Made by a program: the position numbers and the translations under genes. DNA of 64,000 nucleotides. Source: Octopus sinensis. Lineage: Eukaryota. The stretch spans positions 10,601,360-10,665,359 of the forward strand of contig NC_043019.1 in NCBI RefSeq assembly GCF_006345805.1. The letters run 5' to 3'. The notes under the pieces were generated by a model, which was given only the letters and a program-made list of their open reading frames with translations, was not told the origin of the DNA and ran no database searches. Positions within the stretch are counted from its first letter, which is position 1. Every line of letters begins with the position of its first letter. Shown here in pieces: positions 23,634 to 34,225 of the stretch.

Positions 23634-23832
23634 TAGTATGTGACCTCGTGTGTACCATTGGCAATTTTTTTCCCCCTGTCTTCCCTTCTCGGGATCTTTC
23701 CTTCTCCTATGTTTCCGACAAAGAGCTCCGCTCGAAACGTCAAACCCTCCTTCTTCCCTGAGCGTCCAATAATATTTTATTTGTTCCTTGCGTTGTTGTT
23801 TTTTTGTTTTTGTTTTCTTGTTTGGATTAACT
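23634..23832 (+). mobile_element. About 200-bp Penelope-type short element (family P1) with minimal hammerhead-like motif at 23711-23745
   Basis: gttt-CCGACAAA-GAGC tcc GCTC-GAAAC-GT-C-aaac; (TA)n flanks; homologous copy at 5280-5488. Confidence 0.55.
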
Positions 23833-23868
23833 ATATATATATATATTTGTTCATTCATTATAAATCTT

Positions 23869-23947
23869 GAATCATGCTGTCACTGATGAGTAAGGGACGC
23901 AGCCACTGCGTTAATTACGAAATCACTGGTGATCTGCAGCTAAATTC
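23869..23947 (+). ncRNA. Type I hammerhead ribozyme, copy 1
   Basis: Core CTGATGA 23883-23889, stem II GTAA..ACGCAG-cca-CTGCGT..TTAC, GAAA 23919-23922, stem III ATCAC-tg-GTGAT, C17 at 23934, stem I GAAT/cat/GCTGtCA paired with TGCAGC/taa/ATTC. Paired by hand. Confidence 0.8.
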
Positions 23948-24056
23948 TGTTTTTAAATGACTTGCTTCGAGACTTGCATTCGGTACGATATGTTTATTTT
24001 TGGTAGTTTTGACTTTTAAGAGTCCCTCCTAGCGTGCGGCATTTATGTGTAATAAT

Positions 24057-24370
24057 CATCATCATCGTTTAACGTCCATTCTCCATGCTAGCATGGTTTG
24101 GACGGTTCAACTGGGGTCTGGGAACCCAGAAGGCTGCACCAGGCTCCAGTCTTATCTGGCAATGTTTCTACAGCTGGATGCCCTTCCTAACGCCAACCAC
24201 TCCGTGAGTGTAGTGGGTGCTTTTTACGTGCCACCTGCACTGGTGCCAGGCAAGGCTGGCATCGGCCACGGTCGGATTGGTGCATTTTACGTGCCACCTG
24301 CACGGAAGCCAGTCGAGGCGGCACTGGCTTCGGCCACGATTCGGATGGTGCTTTTTACATGCCACCGACA
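24057..24370 (-). mobile_element. Family F copy lying between the two hammerhead units
   Basis: Matches the LINE 3' UTR; nearly identical to 8941-9250. Confidence 0.85.
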
Positions 24371-24401
24371 TATATATATTTGTTCATTCATTATAAATCT
24401 T

Positions 24402-24480
24402 GAATCATGCTGTCACTGATGAGTAAGGGATGCAGCCACTGCATTAATTACGAAATCACTGGTGATCTGCAGCTAAATTC
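24402..24480 (+). ncRNA. Type I hammerhead ribozyme, copy 2
   Basis: Same fold 533 nt downstream; stem II is ATGCAG/CTGCAT (pairing retained). Confidence 0.8.
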
Positions 24481-24845
24481 TGTTTTTAAATGACTTGCTT
24501 CGAGACTTGCATTCGGTATGATATGTTTATTTTGGTAGTTTTGACTTTTAAGAGTCCCTCCTAGCGTGCGGCATTTATGTGTAATAATGCCCTCTATATA
24601 ATATAAATATATATATTCAGGTGGGAAAATTTACAGATTTTTTCTCTTATGAGGTTTTTCACGCTAACTACTTGATAATTTCTTATGAAGATTTTATCCT
24701 ATTTTAAAATTATATATATATATATACGTAGAAAGGTAAAGAGTACTGTTAGATGTGTATGTGCAGAGCTGAAATGTAAGCGAAGCATGTCAGTGCACAG
24801 GTGTCCCCTGTGAAGCATGTATGTGTTGAAGTAAAGCTGACTCAC

Positions 24846-24979
24846 CTGTCCCTCGGCCTGTCATGTGACGGGGCACTATAGAAGGCTTCCACAGCTGCTA
24901 GTAGTCGCTCACTTGGTGGCATTGGAGGGGGCAATCGGATGTCCTTGGGATCGAGGGCCTTGTAATCACAGTCCTCCAA
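24846..24979 (-). CDS. CHERP: CHERP exon (LEDCDYKALDPKDIRLPPPMPPSERLLAAVEAFYSAPSHDRPRD-S)
   Basis: tgttccag|TTG...CAG|gtgagt; 134 nt; strongly conserved CHERP block. Confidence 0.97.
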
Positions 24980-25191
24980 CTGGAACAAGAGAAACAGAGG
25001 AGGGCAGACAGGCTTTAGTGGACATTATCATTAGGCGAGGGAGGTTTTGTCTCATCATCGATGAGATAAAATATGACAAACAGTGAGAGGGAAGAAGAGA
25101 AATGAAGAAAGACAGAGCAAGAGAGTGTGATGGAGTTTAAGAGAGGGAGAAAAGAGTATGGCTACAAAACAGGGTGAAAGGTGGTTTAGAG

Positions 25192-25475
25192 CAGAGGTTC
25201 CCAAAGTGGGCAGCACAGCCACACCCGGTGGGGTGGGTGTGTGTGGAATGGAATGATCCAAGGGGGCATTGAAAAGTGGGGTGAAAATGGGATGGCCAAA
25301 AGGGGATGATGAATATAAAAACAACCCCAAATAATGGGTTAATTTGGTTAAGTTTTATTTGTGAAATACAATTGTTTTGAATTTGTTACAGAGTTGTGTT
25401 TGTGGTGGGAGGGGTGCTAGGAATGTGGCCTGAGTGCCAAGGGGGTGGCAGCCAGAGAAAGTTTGGGAACCACTG
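25192..25475. mobile_element. hAT (Charlie-like) MITE
   Basis: TIR CAGAGGTTCCCAAA / TTTGGGAACCACTG; 8-bp flanks gtttagag / attcagag (6/8 identical). Confidence 0.7.
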
Positions 25476-25671
25476 ATTCAGAGTGTACGTGTGTATCATG
25501 ATGTGGGGGGGGGGAGAGAAAAAGAGAGAGTGTGTTTGTATATGTGTGTGAATGTTAATGAAATAGTTAAGAGAGAAAGAGAGATGGTAAGGAAAGAGGG
25601 TTGGAGGAAGAGAAAATGTGTGAATGTAAAAAGTGAGAGAGAGAGAGAGAGAGAAAGAAAGAGAGACTTAC

Positions 25672-25874
25672 GTTAACCAAAAGAGACATTAATCCAGCTG
25701 GGAGTTCATAGTAAGGGACAGATGGGGTGAGGTCCATTTCTGTGGGCAGAGGTATTGGTGGTGGAGCCTGAGGGAAACCAGGAGGTGGTTTACTGAAGTC
25801 AGGCATTGGGAGTGGGGCCGATGGGTGAGGGGTCGGTGGTCCACGGAACTCCAGGGGTAGCGGAGGCAATAAAC
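25672..25874 (-). CDS. CHERP: CHERP exon (LLPPLP...PYYELPAGLMSLLVN)
   Basis: atttccag|GT...AAC|gtaagt; 203 nt. Confidence 0.95.
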
Positions 25875-25982
25875 CTGGAAATACAAAGAAACAATGTTGG
25901 AACAGTGTGGATGTGTGTGTGTGTGAGACACAGACGTACACATAAACATACATGTAGATAGTTCCACACATACACAAATGGA

Positions 25983-26365
25983 TGGAAGCACTCCGTCGGT
26001 TACGACGACGAGGGTTCCGGTTGATCCGAATCAACGGAACAGCCTGCTCGTCAAATTAACGTGTAAGTAGATGAGCACTCCACAGACACGTGTACCCTTA
26101 ACGTAGTTCTCGGGGATATTCAGCGTGACACAGAGAGTGACAAGGCCGGCCCTTTGAAATACAGGTACAACAGAAAAAGGAAGTAAAAGTGAGAGAAAGT
26201 TGTGGTGAAAGAGTACAGCAGGGATCACCACCATCCCTGCCGGAGCCTCGTGGAGCTTTAGGTGTTTTCGCTCAATAAACACTCACAACGCCCGGTCTGG
26301 GAATCGAAACCGCGATCCTACGACTGCGAGTCCGCTGCCCTACCCACTGGGCCATTGCGCCTCCA
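25983..26365 (-). mobile_element. SINE family C
   Basis: Near-identical to 4250-4636; TSD cacatacacaaat (25967-25979 / 26366-26378). Confidence 0.85.
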
Positions 26366-26623
26366 CACATACACAAATACATGCACAAACACACTACTAC
26401 AAACACAGGAGTTGGTAAACTAAATCACACACACACATACACATCGATAGATACATAGGAATGTAAATTACACACACACACACAAACACATATTAACAAG
26501 CGCACACACATACAATGTAATTATATACACACAATGATGAAGATAATTTCATACACATCAGCACAAACACACAAGTATGTAAACTAGACAGACAGACAGA
26601 CAAACATAAGTATATTAACTTAC

Positions 26624-27269
26624 CATGGCCATAATCAATCAGCTGAGGGGGTGGAGGTTGATTGGGGCCAGGTCCATGGGCTGGTCCCGGTCCATGTGTA
26701 GGGCCAGGTCCATGGGCTGGACCCTGCCCATGAGCTGGACCAGGCCCATGGACTGGGCCTGGCCCGTGGGCTGGACCTGGCCCTTGGGCTGGACCAGGCC
26801 CTTGAGTTGGACCCGGTCCATGAGCTGGACCTGTTCCATGGGTTGGGCCTGGTCCATGAGTTGGACCAGGTCCATGGGTGGGACCAGGTCCATGGGTGGG
26901 ACCAGGTCCATGAGTGGGACCAGGTCCATGTGTGGGACCAGGTCCATGAGCTGGGCCTGGGCCGTGTGCAGGGCCTGGTCCATGGGAAGGTACTGGACCT
27001 GGTCCATGGGATGAGCCTGGGCCATGAGTAGGACCAGGGCCATGTGCAGGGCCTGGGCCTTGGTTTAGTCCAGGGCCAGGCCCTGGTCCTCCGGCTCCAG
27101 GACCAGGCATTGGTGGTCGGTTATGATAGTTTGGCATAGGTGGGCCAAAAGGAGGGGGTGGGCCACCAAAATTAGGAGGTGCAAAGTTTGGTGGTGGCCC
27201 ACTAGTATTGGCACCACCTGTTCCACTTGCCACATGTGAGCCTGGCTGCTGCATGTTTGGAGGTGGACC
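26624..27269 (-). CDS. CHERP: CHERP exon, Gly/Pro/His repeat (GPPPNMQQ...LIDYGH-G)
   Basis: atttcag|GGT...CATG|gtaagt; 646 nt open frame. Confidence 0.88.
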
Positions 27270-27646
27270 CTGAAATACACAAATGATAAAAATAATTATA
27301 ATAATAATGATAATGGTTTCAAATTTTGGCACAAGGCCAGCAATTTCGGGAAGCGGGTAAGTTAATTAACATCAACCCCAGTGTTCAAAAGGTACTTATT
27401 TTATCGACCCCTAAAGGACGAAAGGCAAAGTTGACCGTGGTGGAATATGAACTCAGAATGTGAAAACGGACGAAATGCCACTATGCACTTTGCCTGGCAT
27501 GCTAGCGATTCTGCAAGCTCGTCACCTCAATAATAACAATAATAAAATAATAATCGTTAGCAAACAAGAGACCCTTCATACATTATAGAAGAACATATCC
27601 CATGTGATATACAGGACAAACAAAGTGTTAATATAATTTACATATC

Positions 27647-28150
27647 GGTGCAGGAGTGGCTGTGTGGTAAGTAGCTTGCTTACCAACCACATGGTTCTGG
27701 GTTCAGTCCTACTGCATGGTACCTTGGGCAAATGTCTTCTACTATAGCCTTGGGCTGACCAAAGCCTTGTGAGTGGATTTGATAGATGGAAACTGAAAGA
27801 AGCCCATCAAATATACATATATACATACATACACACACATATATATGTATGTATATGTTTGTGTGTCTGTGTTTGTCCCACCACCATTGCTTGATAACCA
27901 ATGTTGGTGTGTTTATGTCCCAGTAACTTAGCGGGTCGGCAAAAGAGACCAATAGAATAAGTACTAGGCTTACAAAGAATAAGTCCTGGGGTCGAGTTGG
28001 GCAAAAGAGACAGATAGAACAAATAACATGCTTAAGAGCAAAAAAAAAAAAGCTCTGGGGTTGATTCATTTGACTGAAAAGAGAATCTTCACGGCAGTGC
28101 CCCAGCATGGCCACAGTCTAATGACTGAAACTAGTAAAAGATAAAAGATA
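27647..28150 (+). mobile_element. SINE family A variant
   Basis: Homology to family A; ends about 30 nt from the donor at 28180. Confidence 0.8.
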
Positions 28151-28180
28151 CACAAAAAAAAAGAGAGAGGAATATCTTAC

Positions 28181-28572
28181 CTGCGGGAATGGGCCTCCTG
28201 CTCCTCTTGGTGCTCCAGTGATAGCATTATGTACAGAAGGGGGTACCCCAGGGCCCATTCCTTGCGGTGGCATTCCTTGAGGGGGCATGCCCTGTGGCAT
28301 GTTCTGTGGTGGTGGTCCAGGGTTTCCAGGCATCACGGGGGGCTGTGTTGGGCCAGGCCTCGAATTGGGTGGAGGTTGCTGAGGGGGTAGGGTAATATTT
28401 GCCATGCTTGTGGAGGTCGACATGCCGGGTGGCACAGGTGACGCTGTACTGTTGGGCATGTTGGGTGGCAGGATGGGAGGAGCAACTTGCTGGGGCACTG
28501 TTGGGGGAACTTGGGGTGCAACTCCTGCTGGGGGTACGGACTGAGGTGCTGAACTGTCCCGTCCAACAGAAC
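28181..28572 (-). CDS. CHERP: CHERP exon, Pro-rich (SVGRDSSAP...GGPFPQ)
   Basis: attttcag|GT...CAG|gtaaga; 392 nt; phase-compatible. Confidence 0.88.
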
Positions 28573-28707
28573 CTGAAAATAGAAGCAATTACGTGTTATG
28601 TAAGAGATGTAGAGATGGGGTCAAAGAGAAACTCACAACAGAGGCAGTCAAACATTGGCATGCTCTCACTTTATTGGGGACAAGACCAAAGGTAGGGAAC
28701 CTGTGAA

Positions 28708-29525
28708 CTTCAGAAGGGCTGTGTGTGACCTTGTGAAGGGTTGTGTGTGACCTTGTGAAGGGTTGTGTGTGACCTTCTGAAAAGTTGTATGTGGCCTACA
28801 GAAGGGCTATGTGACCTTGTGAAGGGTTGTGTGTGACCTACTGAAAAGTTGCGTGTGGCCTACAGAAGGGCTATGTATGACCTTGTGAAGGGTTGTGTGT
28901 AACCTTCTGAAAAGTTGTGTGTGGCCTACAGAAGGGCTATGTGTGACCTTGTGAAGGGTTGTGTGTGACCTACTGAAAAGTTGCGTGTGGCCTACAGAAG
29001 GGCTATGTATGACCTTGTGAAGGGTTGTGTGTAACCTTCTGAAAAGTTGTATGTGGCCTACAGAAGGGCTATGTGTGACCTTGTGAAGGGTTGTGTGTGA
29101 CCTACTGAAAAGTTGCGTGTGGCCTACAGAAGGGCTATGTATGACCTTGTGAAGGGTTGTGTGTAACCTTCTGAAAAGTTGTGTGTGGCCTACAGAAGGG
29201 CTATGTGTGACCTTGTGAAGGGTTGTGTGTGGCCTTTAGAAGGGCTATGTGTGACCTTGTGAAGGGTTGTGTGTGACCTTCTGAAAAGTTGTGTGTGGCC
29301 TTCAGAAGGGCTGCATTTGACCTTGTGAAGGGTTGTGTGTGGCCTTTAGAAGGGCTGTGTGACCTTGTGAAGGGTTGTGTGTGACCTTCTGAAAAGCTGT
29401 GTGCGGCCTTCAGAAGGGCTGTGTGTGACCTTGTGAAGGGTTGTGTGTGGCCTTTAGAAGGGCTATGTGAGACCTTGTGAAGCGTTGTATATGGCCTTGT
29501 GAAGAGTTTTATGTTGTCCTCTGAA
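28708..29525. repeat. 22-bp minisatellite organised as a 66-bp higher-order repeat
   Basis: Monomers ccttgtgaagggttgtgtgtga / ccttctgaaaagttgtgtgtgg / cctacagaagggctatgtgtga cycle. Confidence 0.9.
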
Positions 29526-29697
29526 AGAATTACATTTGCAGTAAAAAATAAAATCCCTAAACTGGAAAATATTTTAGTTGATACAATTATATTTTAAAAC
29601 CTGACTTTTCAACCCATTTCGAAACTTAGAAACATCTAATTATATTTCTTTATTTGTAAAGTTGTAAATTATTTGTTTGAAGTAATTAAATTGATGT

Positions 29698-29925
29698 TTA
29701 ACCCTTTGATGTTCAGATTACTCTGTTAAATGTAATGCTTTTTCACTCAAATTGTTTTGAATTAATCATACATTATCTCATAGCTTTGAAATCTCAATGA
29801 TGTGAATATTTATTTTTAGAATGTCAGTGTAGGTTAGCTGTGAGAGGCTAGATATGGCTAGTTCAAATATAAAACATGTAGAATATTTGGGTCGGATATG
29901 GCCGGTTTAAACACTAAAGGGTTAA
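29698..29925. mobile_element. piggyBac-type MITE, family 2
   Basis: TTAA-CCCTTT ... CTAAAGGG-TTAA; homologous to 18841-19069. Confidence 0.78.
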
Positions 29926-30048
29926 AACATAAGAATCACAAAAAATTTCCCAATACCCAACACCAAAGAAAAAAAAAATATCATGGAAATCATATTCTAT
30001 GAAAACTCTGTTTTGTTATATTGTGTTAGAGGTTTCATAGTAAATATA

Positions 30049-30352
30049 GAAACTAATTTGAATATGCTGTCCTGCCAGATGTGGCCCTCCAACACTGAAA
30101 GACTCTGTACCTCTGGGGGTGGGGGGCATCAAGACTGTAAAGGTAAATAAGGTCCATTAATTAGCATAAACAACCTCTAAGGAGGTGGGGATGGTAAATA
30201 TCGAAACTGATTTGAATATGCTGTCCTGCCAGATGTGGCCCTCCAACACTGAAAGACTCTCTACCTCGGGGGGGGGGGGGGAGATCAAGACTGTAAAGGT
30301 AAATAAGGTCCATTAATTAGCATAAAAACAACCTCTAAGGAGGTGGGGGATG
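30049..30352. repeat. About 150-bp tandem duplication
   Basis: gaaact(a/g)atttgaatatgctgtcc...ctctaaggaggtgggg occurs twice. Confidence 0.9.
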
Positions 30353-30446
30353 GAGAGGTAAACATTCACATTTCCGACCATTCCGTTGCCCCTCCCCTCC
30401 CCTCCTCCTCTCTTGACCTCTGACATCAATAACACCGACACTGTAC

Positions 30447-30630
30447 CTGACTGTTGAGGTGGTGGTCCTCCCACTTGCTGCAACAACTGCAGCTGTTCTT
30501 GTCGCTGCTGCAGCTGCAGGTTGAGGTGTGAAGCGAATTCTTGGTGCTGCTTCTGGAGTTGTCCGTACTGGGACTGGATGGCAGCCGTAATCTGTGTGAC
30601 CAAGTTACCATACTCAGTGATAAGGCCGGC
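30447..30630 (-). CDS. CHERP: CHERP exon (AGLITEYG...PPPQQS-G)
   Basis: atttgcag|GCC...CAG|gtacag; 184 nt. Confidence 0.93.
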
Positions 30631-30966
30631 CTGCAAATATATAGACACCATATATATTACATATATACACACATACATATACATACATATATATATATAT
30701 ATACACACACATGAATGAATGAAAGAATGGAGTAGAACGAAGATGTTAACAAAATTCCTTTACTCTCGACATATGTTTCGAAGACAGCATATTTTTATTT
30801 CATACATTCATATACAACACACAAATTTCTACACAAGAACCCGGAGTTTCTACCCTTGACAGGTCGCTTCAACCGTGTTTTCTGATGTGAATTTGCTACC
30901 CAGGTTTCGGTTAAACGAATTTTCCATGCTGACGATAAACATAGGATAATTCATTCACCTACTTAT

Positions 30967-31003
<37 letters not shown>

Positions 31004-31004
31004 C

Positions 31005-31207
31005 AAAGGGAAAGTTTACGAAAATAGACAAAAGACGAAGGCAGGTGGAGTACAAACAAACAAATGTATTAGCATGGTGCTCAGGAATAGAAATAGAAAA
31101 AGTCTTTTACGTTTTGAGCCTACGCTCTTCGACAGAAAGATACACAGAAAAAAAAAACAAGGAGAGAAACAAGGTGAGAAAAAAATGCGTGTAGGAGCTA
31201 ACGATCT

Positions 31208-31208
<1 letters not shown>
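31005..31208 (-). mobile_element. Family P2 short element
   Basis: Reverse complement of 3262-3450; motif CTGTCGAA-GAGC gtag GCTC-AAAAC-GT-A. Confidence 0.5.
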
Positions 31209-31238
<30 letters not shown>

Positions 31239-31239
<1 letters not shown>

Positions 31240-31531
31240 GGAGGCGCAATGGCCTTGTGGTTAGGGCAGCGGACTGGCGGTCGCAGGATCACGGTTTCGA
31301 TTCCCAGACCGGGCGTTGTGAGTGTTTATTGAGCGAAAACACCTAAAAGCTCCACGAGGCTCCGGCAGGGGGTGGTGATCCCTGCTATACTCTTTCACCA
31401 CTCTTTCTCCCACTCTTCTGTTGGCCTGCTCGCTTAGCCAGCGGGGTGGCGTCATTCGAAGGCTAAAACAATGCGAGCGCATTGTGACCAGTGATGTGTA
31501 ACAACATCTGATGGTCTGGTCGGTCACGTGA
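31239..31531 (+). mobile_element. SINE family C2 (same tRNA head as C, different tail)
   Basis: Head tggaggcgcaatggc...ttcgattccc; tail ends ctggtcggtcacgtga. Confidence 0.8.
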
Positions 31532-31569
31532 TATATATATATATACACATATACATATATATATATATC

Positions 31570-31606
<37 letters not shown>

Positions 31607-31976
31607 TTACTCACACACACACGCATCATCATCATCAGTATTACCATATCGATGCCCTATGTTTGCATGAGTCAGGCAGAAATTACTGAGGTGAATTGCT
31701 GTGTGGGCCCCACCAAAATCTTATATGGACCACGGTTGAAAGCCACTAATCTAGAGGCACCGAAATCACATAAAAGAACCAGCTTCACCGTGACCTTTCG
31801 ACACCCTGCACTTCCCCAACACAGATGAATGTGATTGTGAAACTGCTGCTGCTGATGGTGACAATAGTGGTGTTGGTTGGAATCATGGCAAATATTTTGA
31901 TGATGATGATGATGAAGCAGACAATTTCTCGATGGGGATGCTGTATAGAGGATATATATTTCCTAGAATTCCTTAC

Positions 31977-32015
31977 CTGATAATTGGCCACAGCTTCCAC
32001 AGGGTCTTTCAGTTT
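31977..32015 (-). CDS. CHERP: CHERP microexon (KLKDPVEAVANYQ)
   Basis: atttcag|AAA...CAG|gtaagg; 39 nt, phase 0-0; fits between the flanking exons. Confidence 0.88.
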
Positions 32016-32114
32016 CTGAAATGACACACAAAAACATTAGAAATAAATACATACATATATCCATATAAACACACACACATACACACACTTTCTCTCTCTC
32101 TCTCTCTCTCATTC

Positions 32115-32520
32115 TTATTTCTTTACTGCCCACAAGGGGCTCACACAGAGGGGATAAACAAGGACAGACAAATGGATTAAATCGATTATATCGACCCCAG
32201 TGCATAACTGGTACTTATTTAATCGACCTCGAAAGGATGAAAAGCAAAGTCGACCTCGACGGAATTTGAACTCAGAACACAGCGGCAGATGAAATACCTA
32301 TTTCTTTACTACCCACAAGGGGCTAAACACAGAGGGGACGAACAAGGACAGACAAATGGATTAAGTCGATTGTATCGACCCCAGTGCGTAACTGGTACTT
32401 ATTTAATCGACCTCCAAAGGATGAAAGGCAAAGTCGACCTCGGCGGAATTTGAACTCAGAACACAGCGGCAGACGAAATACCGCTAAGCATTTTGCCCGG
32501 CGTGCTAACGTTTCTGCCAG
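32115..32520 (-). mobile_element. SINE family B, dimeric
   Basis: Same structure as 9379-9792. Confidence 0.8.
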
Positions 32521-32617
32521 CTCTCTCTTTCTACATAGACATTAAAGTAAAACTGAACAAGCAAAATGTTTAGCATCACTTGAAAAAGGCATTTAATTTA
32601 GTTAGAGAATATCTATA

Positions 32618-33034
32618 GGCGCAGGAGTGGCTGTGTGGTAAGTAGCTTGCTAACCAACTACATGGTTCCGGGTTCAGTCCCATTGCGTGGCATCTTGGGC
32701 AAGTGTCTTCTACTATAGCCTCGGGCCGACCAAAGCCTTGTGAGTGGATTTGGTAGACGGAAACTGAAAGAAGCCTGTCGTATATATGTATATATATATA
32801 TATATACATATATGTATGTGTGTGTTTGTGTGTCTGTGTTTGTCCCCCTAGCATTGCTTGACAACCGATGCTGGTGTGTTTACGTCCATGTCACTTAGCA
32901 GTTCGGCAAAAGAGACCGATAGAATAAGTACTGGGCTTACAAAGAATAAGTCCCGGGGTCGATTTGCTCGACTAAAGGCGGTGCTCCAGCATGGCCACAG
33001 TCAAATGATTGAAACAAGTAAAAGAGTAAAAGAG
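32618..33034 (+). mobile_element. SINE family A
   Basis: Full length. Confidence 0.85.
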
Positions 33035-33350
33035 AGAGACGTTATTTATATTCTCTATCTTAATTCAATGTCCCTTTCAAGTGATGCCACTTGCTTTTTC
33101 ATTTTTACTTTAAATCTATATCTACCTGCTCAAGGAGAAACCACTTCTAGCCACCTCTGATGGGCTGTCTCAACACCACACTTTCAGTTGCAGTTCAAGG
33201 CCGGAGTGTCAGTGGTAAACCTAACTGAGCATTCATAGTGCACACCTATCACTTTATGTCAGTTGATGAAAACTTCTTATATATTCTGTATATCTATGGT
33301 GTCCCACCCATGAGGAATCGATGCTAGCCGTGTCGAAACAATTGGCATGA

Positions 33351-33851
33351 TCTCTCTATATATAAACGGCAGTTTGTCTGTCTGTGTGTCTGTCATGTTG
33401 TACCCTCACCCTAACCATGGCTTTCAACCGATTCTGATGAAACTTGACACACACATAGCCCAATGTCATAATTCAAAACTAACACAGCGAAAATTTTGAA
33501 AAGTCTCCCCAGTTCTGAAAAAAATCGATAAATTCGACATGGGGGTCGAGAATCTAAGCTTTTTATTTGCAACACATTTTCTGTTGTAGTTTTCGCAACT
33601 TGCAATCGATTTTCACCAAACTCATGGTGAAGCTTAATGTTACCCTAAGAAACTTAATTCTGACATTAGTTTTCCATGCAATACCTTACCATCAGAAAAA
33701 ATCGATAAAATCATGCCATTCAAATTCAAGATGACATATTTTCGACAGTATATTTCACAAATTGGCAGGAATTTTTTAAAAATTCACAGCAAGCATCATG
33801 TCTGCTCCAGGGGCTCTTACATACCCGGGCAATGCCGGGCTATGCTGCTAG
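33351..33851 (+). mobile_element. Non-autonomous Helitron (same family)
   Basis: A|TC...CCCGG-gcaatg-CCGGG...CTAG|T. Confidence 0.85.
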
Positions 33852-34225
33852 TTAATAATAAATTCTCGTATATTCCATCTTCCGTCTTTCATTTGGCATA
33901 TACATAACAATCGCTGTGAAAGTGACCGTGCTTTACCAGTAAGCTACCAGATGTAAACCATTCATTTTATTATGCATTAAATATATATGGCTTAACAGTT
34001 ACACATTCACACACAGAGAAAAACATACGATCTCATACAAACACACATATGTACAACTTCACACATATACATAAATAAATAAATATATATACGCACTCCT
34101 CCTCCACAAATACTACACAGAGAGGTATACATGTACTCATCCACAAACACAAAGGTATTGGAATACTCCCTAACAAAAAAAAAAAAAAAAAAGGGTATGA
34201 ACACAGAGGCCACGGAAGTACTCAC

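Noticed and set aside
33295-33350. CCCATGAG...CGAAACAATTG hammerhead-like string next to the Helitron
   Set aside because: It has two core mismatches, no UH triplet and no stem I.
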